A DNA stretch of 64,000 nucleotides from the human T2T-CHM13v2.0 reference genome, Homo sapiens: NCBI RefSeq assembly GCF_009914755.1, contig NC_060942.1; one strand, 5' to 3'. The position numbers were made by a program, and so were the translations under genes. Positions 27,585 through 39,988 of the stretch are shown one piece after another (position 1 is the stretch's first letter; each line of letters begins with the position of its first letter). The notes below the pieces were generated by a model. It was not told where the DNA came from, did no database searches, and saw only the letters and a list, made by a program, of their open reading frames with translations.

Positions 27585-29721
27585 ATAATCAACAAATAAT
27601 ATTTTAATAGTAGTATGTCCCAAATGTATACTTATACCCCCCAAATTATTTGTTTATCTGAAATTCAAATTTAATTGGGCATCCTGTATTTTATCTGCCA
27701 ACCCTGCCTTGTGGACTCCTGACCCGTGGGGAGAGAGACAGCAGGAGGAGGACCCGAGTGGAGTCCTCAAAAGTATGGGGCTTGGGCAGGGGCCTCAGTC
27801 CTCTGTGCTGAGGCTGTCCTGGCTGCATGTTTCAATATCCTGAAATTGCAGCAAGGTTCTGGCTTCTAGGGGTCCTGGGAACAAGGTCCTTGTCAGGAAC
27901 TGGCTCCGCTCAGTAGGAGACCAGGGTGGTTTGACAATAAACTTTGCCATTGAAGCTTCTGGAATGCAGGTGTGTTGGGTGAAGGCTGGGGAGGCAACAG
28001 ATAGTGTGAGGAGGTGGGGAGGTAGGATGGGGACAGGAAAGTAAGCTTGCAGCTGCTGCCTCCATCTTGGTCCTTCCAAGGTTAAAGAAGGTCAGGGGTA
28101 TGGGGAGAGGTTTTGGGGAGAGATGGGGGGACAGGAGGGACACAGCGGCAAATCCCTGCACTGCCAGGGTGAAAGTGCACTGTGGTTGTGCAGCCTGCTT
28201 TCCTGGCTGAAATGTTCCTTTCACGTCACCATAGTTAGCATTGCAGACCAGGTCATGAAGGAAGCCAGGCAGGATCTGATGGAAGCCGGGCAGATGGCCT
28301 ATTGAGGCACAGAGGGTAGGTTTCTTGCAGGTTTGGTGTTGGTGCCCATTGCCCCGAGCTTGGGCCCGTGCAGATCAGTGGGGTCACTCAGGGCAGTGAG
28401 GGAAGCTCTCACTGGAAGGGGAAGAGCTGGCTCAGGGAGGAGGTGGTGGATGTGGTGGAAAGGCCAAGGTGAATGTTTGGGAATGACTTCTGGAAATCTT
28501 TTGTGGAGGACTCACTGAACTGCTTTAGAATTGGAGTCCCAGTCTATCCTAGTGGCTTTTAAAGGAGCTACCTGGAAGAGAGAAGCCACTGTCCTCAGGG
28601 CAATGTTCTGGGCAGGTGGGAGTTCTTGTACACACTCCCAGATGGGCCTGGACCACACCCTCCATGTATCTAAGCCTCAGCTTCTGCACCTGGTGAATGG
28701 AGATAATTTGGGGGGTTTATTCTGAGAATCAAATGAAATCATGCATAAAAGCAACTTGCAAGGGGAAAGTGTACTTAGAAAGTACAAGATAGCATTGATT
28801 GTTAACTCAGTGTGTATGGAGCTCTTCTTTGGGGCCAGACCCTGTGTCAGTCTGCAGGGAATTGGAATGATCCCATGGAGCCCAGGTCTGGTAGGGAAGA
28901 CAGGCTTGTGACCAGGTCACATAGGTGTAGGCAGGGGGCCCCAAGGGGATCGGAGGAAGGGAGTTGTCCCTATTCCTTGGGAGGTCAGGAAGGGGTTACC
29001 CAGGAAGTGTTGCTGGATGGAGCCCTCAAATGTGGGGCGATGTCGGCAGATGGAGCAGAGTGGGAAGGGAATTTCAGTCTGGCAGGCAGGAGGGGAGGCC
29101 AGGGGCCAATAAGAGCCTGGGCGGGGGCTGCCAGGCAAGAGCAGATGTCTCACTGAAATGCTTTGGCCCCCAGGAGATTGAACTGTTTCCTGTAGGCAGG
29201 GAGGAAGCACGCAGGTGACAGCATCTGGGTGACAGTTTGAAAATATCACTCTGGTTTCCATTGAAGTCAAGGTTTACAGACGCAAGGTGGGGAAGAGGCT
29301 GGGAATCTAGAGGGGGAATGTTTCTGCTATGGTCCAGGTTAGCTAACAAGGGTGTGATTGGGGCAGGAGCATGGGTATGGAGAGAAGGAGACTTCCTATA
29401 ATGTTAGAATTGGAATCTGCGGGGCTCAGTACCCACCTTACTAAACCCCTCTCAGGATCCTGGGCCCTCTGAGCCCCTTCCTCCCTGAGCTCATTCCTGA
29501 CAGCCCTATTCTGTGGGAGTCTTCTCTCCTCTGAACACTGATAACCTCTGCTTCCCACACCACTGACTTTAGAGTCTAGTGGCATACTTTTGTTTATTTA
29601 TTTTTAATTGTTTCCAAGTCCCAGTTGTTTTCTTGAATGTCACAGAAACGTTGGTGAAATTATTTTCTAGGAAAGAGCTAGCTTATTTACTTGTTTCTCT
29701 CCCTATCTTCCACCCTCTAGC

Positions 29722-29900
29722 CCTTTCCCTCCCTCCCTCCCTCCCTCCCTCCCTTCCTCCCTCCCTCCCTCCCTCCCTTCCTCCCTTCCTTCCTTCCCTC
29801 CTTCCTTCCCTCCTTCCCTCCTTCCTTCCCTCCTTCCTTCCCTCCTTCCTTCCTTCCCTCCTTCCTTCCTTCCTTCCATTCTTTCTTTCATTCTTTCTTC
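29722..29900. repeat. (CCCT)n/(CCTT)n compound polypyrimidine microsatellite
   Basis: Seen directly. Confidence 0.93.
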
Positions 29901-29904
29901 CCCT

Positions 29905-31811
29905 CTTATACTTATCACCATTTATGCATCTATTTTGCCATTGCACTGTTTCCAGTTTTTGGCGATTATGAATAATGCTGCTTATAAATATTTCTATAAT
30001 TGTATTTTGATGATCATATGGATATATTTCTCTTGGGCATATAGCTAGGAGTAGAATTGTGGGGTCACAAGGTTCACATATGTTTGACATCAGTTGGTAC
30101 TGACAAACAGTTTTCCAAAGTGATTGTATTGATTTATGTTCTCGTCAACAGTCTGTGAAAGTTGCAATTGCTCCATACTGTTTTGAACACTTAGTATTGT
30201 CAGCTTTAAAATTTTTAGCTATTCTGGTGTTGGCGTAGTGTCATTTCATTGTGGTTTTCATTTGTGTTACTCTGATGACTGAAATAGTTGACCACTTTTT
30301 CCTGTTTATTGGCCATCTTGGTATTCTCTTTTGTGTGGTGCCTGTTCAAGACTCTCATTCAGTTTCCTAATGGGATTAGGAATGTTATTTTAACATTCTG
30401 GATACAAGCCCTTTGTCTCTTTTGGGTGTAGTAAACATCTTCTGCTCCGTGGCCTTCTCTTTTACTTCTCTTTCTTCTCTTCTGCTCCATGACATCACTT
30501 TCTTAATGATGTCTTTTGATCAACAGAAGTTTCTCATTTTAATACAGTTCAGTTAATCTATCTTTTCCTCCATGGTTGAAGCATTTACCGGAAAGTTTTA
30601 AAAACCTTTCCCTACACCAAGGCCATGAAAGTATTCTCTTGTAGGAGCTTTATTGTTTTGTCTTTCACATTTAAATCTACAATTCACTTGGAATTGGTTT
30701 TTATGTGTGGTGTGAGATAGGGTCAAGTTTCACATTTTTTTCACATGGGTATCCAATTTACCCAACTCCAGATACTGAAAAGACAATGTTTTTCCCACTC
30801 TGTTACGCATCTTTTATTATCAATCAACTGTACCTATATGTCTGTTTCTAGATTTTCTATTCTGTTCTCCTGGTCTATTTGTCTATCTGTGCACCAATAA
30901 TACAATGACTTAACTATTGTAGCTTGGTAAATTTTGATATCTGATAGAAAAACTCCTCCTAAATTTGCCCATACTGTACCTTATCACACTGTAATACAAT
31001 TCCCTGTTTACTGGTGTGAAAGATGAGCGTCAACATTTACTTGCCAAGACTTACTTAACAGATTTACTTACAAAACTTTACAGATTTTCTGTAACTGATC
31101 TTATTTTACTTTAAAGCCCTTCATGTCTACTGTAAGTCTATTGCTGTCTTTGGGTTTTTGTTGTTGTTGTTGTTATTCCATTTTCTTCATTAGTAGTTTG
31201 TTAATTATGCATTATTCAACTATTTTGATTGGTTTTCTTAGAGATAAAAGCATGCATCCACAAGTCTAATATAAATTGGTACTTTCACCATGCCCAGGAT
31301 CTTAGAACACTTTAATTCCATTTATTCTTCTGTTTTTGTGTATCGTGGCATATTTTAATTTATATTTTAAAACACATTAAAAAGTGTTATTGCATTATTT
31401 CATATTGCCAACATTCATTTAGATTTACTTACATATATAATTTTTCTGGGTTTCTTTACTTTTTCCTGCATGTCTGTGATTCTATCTGGGATCATTTTCA
31501 TCTCCCTTTAGCATTTCCTAATTTGGTTCTACTGGTGACAGATTATCTCTGATTTTTGGTGTCTACATGATGAATTAATCTCAGATTCATTTTTGAAAGA
31601 TATTTTACTGAGTACAGAATTCTAAATTGGTTGTTATATTCTTACAGCATTGTGAAAATACTAGTCTGTTGACCTTTGGCTGCTTTATTTCTGTGGAGAA
31701 GTCAGCTGTCTGTCTTATGGTTGCTTCTTTTAAGACATGTCTTTTTTCTCTAGATGTTTTTAGGATTTGTCTTTTTGGTTTTCAGCAGTTTTGGTCTGAT
31801 ATGCCTAGGGG

Positions 31812-31846
<35 letters not shown>

Positions 31847-32700
31847 ATTCTTTTGGGGTACCCAGAGCTTCTTAATCTATAATTTGATTTCTTTAATTAG
31901 TTTTGGACAATTCCCAATGTTTATCCCTTAAAATTTACTTCTGTCCTATTCTCTTTCTCTTCTCCTTCTGGGACACCAGTTATATGTATAATACCTTTTC
32001 ATCACATATTTTTTGTTTCTTCTGCTCTTTTCTTCATTTTCTATCCTTTTGATTCTGTCCTTCAGTTGGAAATTTTCTTCCATCTTCCAGTTCACTAATC
32101 CTGTCTTCAACTGAATGTAATTTGTTTATAAACACAGCCATCAAATTCTTAATTTCATATACTGTGGTTTTAGTTACAAATTTAACATTTAGTTTTTTTA
32201 ATATACTTTCTGGTTTCTGCCAGAATTCTTTATCTTATTATTTAACTCCATGAATTTATCTATTATGGTTATTTTAAAATCTGTTTCCAGTAATTTTCAA
32301 ATTTGGATATTCTGTGAACTTCTTTTCTTTTTTAAATTTTTATTATTTTTAAAACAAATTTTACTGTGTATATTTGAGGTTTGCAACATGATGTTATGGC
32401 ATACATATAGATAGTAAAATGATTATAGTGAAGCAAATTAACTTATCTGCATCTCACATAGTTACTGTGAGTTCATTTATGTTATTTATTTTTTCTCTTG
32501 GCTTTTGTTTGGATCTTGTCTTTTGGCAAGGCTTATTGGTTTTGCTGGATGTCATATGAAAAATAGCAGAAATTAATTTGAAATTCTGAACAATGCTGTC
32601 TTCCTTCAGAGAGGATTTGCTTTTACTTCCTGCCAGCCTGAGGCTAAGAGCAATTCACCCTAATTCATTCAGGATTCAATATGACTTTAGTCATCATGAG
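29905..32700 (-). mobile_element. Cluster of old antisense L1M fragments, including a short L1MA 3' end at about 32330-32465
   Basis: T-rich L1 motifs such as ctaggagtagaattgt, gtgtggtgtgagataggg, agtcagctgtc. Confidence 0.65.
31810..31846. repeat. (GT)n microsatellite
   Basis: Seen directly. Confidence 0.9.
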
Positions 32701-32734
32701 TACTGGCCTATTTTCTCTTCACTCATACCACTAG

Positions 32735-33119
<385 letters not shown>

Positions 33120-35643
33120 TAAACTTCGCTTGTATGTCCTGAACCTCGTGAGACTGTGAGATGCTCTGCTCAGTTTCTCAGTCTCTTGGCAAGTCAGCTA
33201 GGGGAATTTGGTCCCAAATTGCTGGCTCCCCATCAGTCAAGGGGAAAAGTGGTCCCACATTTCTGGCTCACCTTTCTTGGCTTACTTCTGGATTTTTCCC
33301 CACAAATTCTTGCTTCCTCAATTGCTTTCTGATGCCTTCAAGCAGTATTGTTTTTTTAAAATTATTTTTTTCTAGAATTTCTAAATGATACCAATGGAAA
33401 AGTTGGTCCAAGATATCCTAACTGGCAACTGATGGAAGTGGCATCTTCAGCTCCATTATATTTAAGTGATCCAAAATGGGTCAAAGGCTGGGGACATACG
33501 GTGGCAAATTTTCCATGAAATTCCACATAAGGAAAGATCCCTGATGAATTCTTAGACATCATGGATACTGAAAAACTGACTCAGTCATTTAAATCTTACT
33601 TTTTTGTAGCTGTTGAAGCATATATACCCACTTGGCAGGTTGACAGGTTGCTTTTGTTTCCCTTCACTTGTGAGTGACTGGATTACCTTGCCATTCCTTT
33701 TTTCTGTCCCTTGCCCTGCCACCACAACCATGCTTTTTGCTTGATCCTTCTCTCCTAGTCCTACTCCAGGTACATCTGAGGATGCTGCATCTCCCACCTT
33801 CCAGCTGCTACAAGGGCCAGTGTCAGAGCATCTTAGAGAGCCTCAGAATACTGTGGTGTGGGATTAAAAAATACTTGTAAGGGAGGCTTTCCAGTTACTA
33901 ATGTGAGAAAGGTCTGTGTATTTTACATAAAGTAGTATGTGTGCTTTGTGAGCTTATGTTTTCTTGCTAGGAATTCTGTTTCTGGACTTGGCGGGAGAGT
34001 GGTCCTGAGAGGAGACACTGGGGTCACTCGCCAGGCTCACACATCCCAGACCTATTGTCCGCTTGTTGCCCAGCCACACTCCTCTGCATCACCATCTCCA
34101 CAGCACCCTCAGGGCTTCTGGGAAGCTGCCTCACTTCATAAATCAAGGTACAACATTGTGTCTGGTCATGGAAATTTAATTTATCTTTAGGCAAAACTTG
34201 GAACCAGGCACATATATCTACTTAGGCCCCTCAAGTGTTCACTTCAAAGGCACTTTCCATCAGACTGCACTCTCACCCTCATTTCTCCTCTTTCCCACCT
34301 CTCCAGTAGGAAGTTGAGTGCGGAGAGGATGGTCACCCTAGAGAAAGCCAGTATTTGGACATTCCTAGCCAGATTCTATTCAGCATATGGACATGAACTG
34401 GACACGTCTACAGACAGATAATCTATCCAACATGTAGAATAAAGTGAAAAATGAAGTGGAAACTGAAAGAAAGCCCACAAACTTGTTCTGTATCTGCAAG
34501 TAAGGTAAAATCCATGAAAAAGAAAGCTTCTTACCCAGAGCACCGCAGATGCAACTCCAAGCCTCAGTGATAATGTTGCAGGTGTATGCGTGCGTGTCTG
34601 CATGCATGCATGTGTGCATGTGATAGAAAAGAATATTTAGCAAGCTCCCCCATACAGGAAAGACAAAAGTGGAAACAGACCTGTGTGCTCTTTGGTAATG
34701 TGGCTTGAATGGCCTTTCCAGTGGGTTATTTTGGTCCTGGAGTGCAGTCATTCTCAACAATGTTTACATCAAGCAACCTTGGATCCTGCCCATGCTGCCT
34801 ATTGAGCAACTTCAATTCTGGAAAGAGATGAGGATGGCCTTTGATTGGGAAATTAGCTTCTTTCAAATGCGGGCAGAGGCATGGAATCTTGCAGTGTGGG
34901 AGTGGAAAGAAATCTTGGAGATCATCTTGTTCACCCCCTCATTTTCCAGATCATAAAGTGCAGGCTTGGAGAGTTGAGGTAACTTTCTCAGGGTTGCACA
35001 AAGGATCAGTGGCAGGGGAAGTCTTGGAAACCAGCCTCCTAATTTCTGGTAACCCTATCAGTCTATCCTTAGCAATGATAAAAAGGGATTGAAAATAATA
35101 GATGATTAAGGAAATTTTCAAAATCCCCAAATCATAATAAGAGGCTTTGAAATATGAAACTCTAAACCAATGGTTAGATCCTGTTATTGGCATTAGAAGC
35201 CGTAATCACGTTTCTTTCTCATACGAAAGGATGAGAGTAATGGGATGTGACCATTTTTCTCAGGTAGAGCACACCATGTACTCCAAACTGTATACTCTGT
35301 ATACATCGAACAGTATACTCAAGCTGCGTCACTTTTGGGTTATCCTGCATTCATTCACACTTCTGTTTGTGAAGACACATCCATTAAGTGAGTACTAGTG
35401 TGAGGCAGAAGCTAAGAGGGTCAGGAACATCCTTTTCCAGTCTCTTGGCAGCTAAAGTTGGGGTACCTGTGTCTTGGCCCTGGCCATTAGGATGTTCCTA
35501 TCTGGGACTTTGCATCTGGAGAGAGTAGTGCAGATGACACAATAGTCATGCTTCTAGTGCTGCTGGTGTTGGTGCCAGGGCAGCCCCCTAGCAAGGCTAT
35601 TCTTGGGCCATCACCTTGACCCATTTTATTGATATTCTTCCTC

Positions 35644-35657
<14 letters not shown>

Positions 35658-35674
<17 letters not shown>

Positions 35675-35955
35675 TTTTTGAGATAGGGTCTTGCTCTGTT
35701 GCCCAGGCTGGAGTGCAGTGGCATGATCTCGGCTCACGGCTCACTGTACCTTCCACCTCCTGGGCTCAAGCAATCTTCCTACCTTAGCCTCCTAAGTGGC
35801 TGTGACTACAGGTGCATGCTAATTTTTAACTTTTTGGTAGAGATGGGGTCTCACTATATTGTCAGGCTGATCTTGAACTCTTGGGCTCCAGCAATCCTCC
35901 TGCTTCAGCCTCCCAAAGTGCTGGGATTACAGGCGTGAGTCACTGTGCCCAGCCT
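35658..35955 (-). mobile_element. Alu (AluJ-like) within MLT1-like LTR remnants (about 35400-36105)
   Basis: Antisense Alu dimer; flanking MaLR-like 3' end ttctgcttaa...gatgca. Confidence 0.88.
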
Positions 35956-37599
35956 GTCCTGCCTCTTTCAGTCACTGCCTGCTTCCTGAGGCTGGCTCTC
36001 CAACTTCCTGTCAGTCTTTTGAGCTACAGTATCCTTTAAAGGAATCCCCTTTCTGCTTAAGAGTTGGTCTCTCCTCACTTGTATACAAGAGCCTTGGCCG
36101 ATGCATTGGAAGAATGAACACCCTCTACAAGTCTTTGCATGTAGTGCTTTTGCTGGGCTCTCTTTGTTATGTATGTCTCACTATAAAGATTAGAGAGACG
36201 CTTGTCTTTGATGTCCAAATCAAATAAAGTTGGAGACTATAATTAAGTTTCCCCAGGACCTACAGCCTTGCCCCAGGGAAAGGCATTTTAAAGGTCAGTG
36301 CATCTCAATGTCCAGCAGGTTACCCGGTGGAGCCTGCAGAAACTTGTCTGTAGGGCACAAGTGTCTCTTCTGTCATAGGTCCCCATTCAAGGAGGGACCA
36401 ATGTTGGGGCCCAGGACTAGTTATACAATTGATGAGACCCACCTTCAGGCAAGAGGATGTTTAGTGCAGCTCCCAGTGTCACAGGGAGGGGCTTGACCAT
36501 CCTCCCCCATGTAATTGACATCAGGACCCAGGTTGGTTTATGGGGATTCCACAGGTGTTGTAGGAAATCAGCCTGAGGGGACAGTGTAGGGGTTGGGGTC
36601 CCACTGGGGAGGGAACAAACCAGTGTTTGGACACCTGCCTCTCAGATGGCCCTGTCCACCTGCAGGTGTGACCTTGTCCTTCTCCTGAATCCCTCCTCTC
36701 TGCTGGTCCCCAGAGCAGCCTGTGTGTACAAGGACGTGGTGCAGAGTGGAAAGAGACCTCACATCTGTCCCCACTGCACCTGCCTGAGCCTGCTCCAGGC
36801 CTGAGCTGCACAAAGGAGTGTAGAATGGGAATGTGGTGATGGGGGAGAGATGGAAGCTTTGATATTAGACTGGGCCGAGCTATTTAAGTAACTGAAAGTG
36901 AAGCTTTTCTTATACCTGCATGTGAGTGACCTGAAAAGGTATGGAATCCTCTAGAAGTGTAGAGAGTTGGAGAAGGGAGAACCAGCAGAGTGGGGTGAAG
37001 GGAAGTGGTGGGAAGATGAGGACACTTCTTGCTGGCCGCCTACAGAGGTCAGCTCCTTTAATCACATGAAGTCAAAATGCAAATGCAGCCTCCAGCCCAC
37101 CCCTCCTCCATCCAGACTTCCACACATCACATCTTTCCTAAATAGAACTTACGGAACCTCCGGGGCCTGGTTCCCAGTGTCAGTCCTTCACCAACACTTG
37201 CAGGGCCTGAGCAAGAATACCAGAGGTCCACATATCACAGGGCTACATATTTAAACATACAAGCCAAGCTAACAAGCTGTTCATTAAACTGTGTTCTATC
37301 CTCCTACCTTGGCAAGCAGACCTTCAGAAAGACCTGGAAAGCCAGGTTCTAGTTCCAATCTTCAGGGTCTTCTGAATTCTGGGCCAGAAAGTCATCTTGG
37401 GGATAGGGGGCAGCACCAGTCTACAGCCCTTAGCCTGCAGCCATCATCTTCCCTCTCCACCCTTGGCTTCGTCCTGTACATCCCCAGCAAACAGCCACCC
37501 TTGTCTGTGCCTCAGCTTCGGGTTGAAGACTCCAGTAGCAGTCTGCCCTCAGGAGCAGGATCTGGGGTAGAGGCTCCTGCAGGTGCACTGTAAGCAGGC

Positions 37600-38300
37600 T
37601 CCCTCCTCCCCTCCATCCTGTCCTCCCTTCTACCCCAACTCCCCTCCTCCCCTCCCTCCTCTCCTCTCTTCAACCCGACTCCCCTCCTCCCCCTCGTCTC
37701 CTCCCTTCTAACCTGATTCCCCTCCTCCCCTCCCTCCTCTCCTCCCTTCTAACCTGACTCCGCTCCTCCCCGCTCCTCCCTTCTAACCTGACTCCCCTCC
37801 TACCCTCCCTCCTCTCCTCCCTTCTAACCTGACTCCCCTCCTCCCCACTCCCCCCTTCTAATCTGACTCCCCTCCTCCCCGCTCCTCTCCTCCCTTCTAA
37901 CCTGACTCCCCTCCTCCCTTCTATCTCAACTCCCCTCCCCACTTCCTCCTGTCCTCCCTTCTACCCCAACTCCCCTCCTCTCCTGCCTCCTCTCCTCCTG
38001 TCTGGCCCGACTCCTATCCTCCCCTCGCTCCTCTTCTCCCTTCTAACCTGACTCCCTTCCTCCATTCCCTCCTCTCCTCCCTTCTAACCTGACTCCCCTC
38101 CCTCCTCTCCTCCCTTCTACTCCAACTCCCCTCCTCCCCTCCCTCCTCTCCTCCTTTCTAGCCTGACTCCCCTCCTTCCTCTCCTCCCTTCTACCCCTTC
38201 TCCTCCTCCTCTCCTCCTCTCCCTCCTCTACTCCCTTCTAACCTGACTCCCTTCCTCCCCTCCCTTCTCTTTCCTCCCCTCCCTCCCTTTCTTCTTTTTT
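37600..38300. repeat. Pyrimidine-rich minisatellite (about 33-41-bp units, core cccttctaacctgactcc)
   Basis: About 10 near-exact cores plus variant units. Confidence 0.9.
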
Positions 38301-39295
38301 CCATTTTAAGAACACAAGAAAAGCAAAGGAAAAGGGGAAGGAAAGATCAATAGGTATAATTACTTTAAATGTTATTGATGTTAAAAAGGAAAAGACACCC
38401 ACACTTTCAGGCACCTACTGAGTGGCAGGAAGGGCCAGTGTTGCGCATGTCCCACCCAAACCCCACGGGGAATTTCCAGGTAGGTGTTGTCACCTCCTTT
38501 TTATGAGTGAAGAAGAGGCTAAGCCAGAACACTGAGTGACACTGGGACTCTTACCCTGACAGAAGCACTGGGTCAGTCTGCCAGCACCCCCCAGGGTGGA
38601 AGGCTAAACCTGAACTGAGACTGGGAGTGTGGGAGCCTCCCAAATACTTTCCAGCTGACAGGAGCTCTCGGTCTGGAGGAGGATGTCAAGTAGTGAACCC
38701 TTGTGTTCCCTGGATGTCCACAGTGGCACATTTTGCTATGTCCTTGCTACCCCCACAAAGGCCCCCCTGCTTGGGAGTCCCAGCCATTTGGAAATGAAAA
38801 TGCACTTTTGCATTTCCGAGTGTGGCTCCTATGGGAAGGATGTTGAAATGGCAGAATAAAAAAAATTTTAATTACAAGACACACCCGACTCTGCAGTGCT
38901 GATTGAATTCAGGAACCCCATTTTGGGGAGGGAGGTTCAGCACAGAGCTGACTACTCAGCAACAGCAGGGAGGTATGGATTAAAGGCATCCTGGGCTCCG
39001 AATGTGACGAGAAAGCCTCTATGGCTGTACTTGCTGCTGAGGGAGAGAGGGGACCTAGACCACCCATGCTGATGAACCACGATGACCAGCGCTTACAGTT
39101 AGGAAGGCAGTGTTCCCTTGACTTGGGGTGGGTGACACCGTGAAGGAGTATTTACCAATATCTGTAAAGGGCTGAGGTATCAGGAGGAAGACCGCCGGAA
39201 TGTGCTTTGTCTAAATAGACTTCTGTTCCTAGTGGGAACAGTGGGCCTCATTCTGGTCCTCCACCTCAAAGAGGGCAGGGCGGCACCGTGGTCCG

Positions 39296-39363
39296 GGGGT
39301 TAGTGGCTCTGGGTTCCAGTCCTGGCTCTGGGGTTAGTGGCTCTGGGTTCCAGTTCCGGCTCT
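39296..39363. repeat. 34-bp tandem duplication in a MIR remnant
   Basis: ggggttagtggctctgggttccagt(cct/tcc)ggctct twice. Confidence 0.85.
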
Positions 39364-39786
39364 GCTAGAGCTTGCCTGGTGGCCTTATCCTCACCATTTT
39401 GCCACTTGGAGCTTCAGGCCTCTCATCTGCAGAATACGGCATGGCCATATCACGTTTTGAGGCCCCCCAGCATTAATGAAACTCTTCTTCTGTTGGAGAA
39501 TTGACATCATGAATCTTTCCTTCTCAGGCCAGCAGAGCCAGGCGCTTGCTTTCCCAGGCAGCTGCGATCAGGTGGGGGCATGGGTCTTGGGCTCTTCCAA
39601 ACAGATGCGCCAGCATTAGACTTCACGCTGCGGAGAGCAGTGTGAGGGAGTACAGAGTGTGGCACCCATTTTCCCAGGAGACACTGGTGGAGAGGGGGGC
39701 CACAAGACAGAGTCCCCATGCCCAGGGCCTGAGCTGCAACGATCTGACACAGTGTGGCTTGGGTGGTTCTGGGCTTCCTTGTTTCC

Positions 39787-39988
39787 AGGCCGTGTGCTAC
39801 CCCTAGTCCACTTGGCGACTTTGTGCAAATTAGACGATTAGGCACCCCTTCAAGATGCTTTACTGCCCTCTGCTGGAAAATTCTTTAGTACACAAATGTA
39901 CCAATCTGTCTAGGGTGTGAATGGCAGCCTCTAAATGTAGTGGTGTTGTGTAGTATGCAACCTGGACAACTGATCTTGGTGGCTCTGC
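39787..39988. mobile_element. MER91-like hAT-Tip100 MITE
   Basis: gactttgtgcaaattag...gtgtgaatggc...gcaacctggacaac...ggtggctctg. Confidence 0.5.
39861..39879 (-). promoter_or_regulatory. CTCF motif inside a MER91-like element
   Basis: Minus strand reads tttccagcagagggcagta, matching the CCAGCAGAGGGCAG core. Confidence 0.55.

Larger units (their letters stand above)
26821..27706. mobile_element. MER53-like MITE interrupted by MER1B and a THE1 LTR
   Basis: Termini tagggttaccagat / atctgccaaccctg; flanking 8-mers ctttgtgc/ccttgtgg. Confidence 0.7.

Noticed and set aside
29579-30090. ORFs with PSLP/EGRK repeats
   Set aside because: Translation of the microsatellite and adjacent L1 sequence.
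37600-38300. Repeat-and-spacer appearance resembling a CRISPR array
   Set aside because: Eukaryotic context, spacers are related low-complexity C/T sequence, no cas genes; this is a minisatellite.
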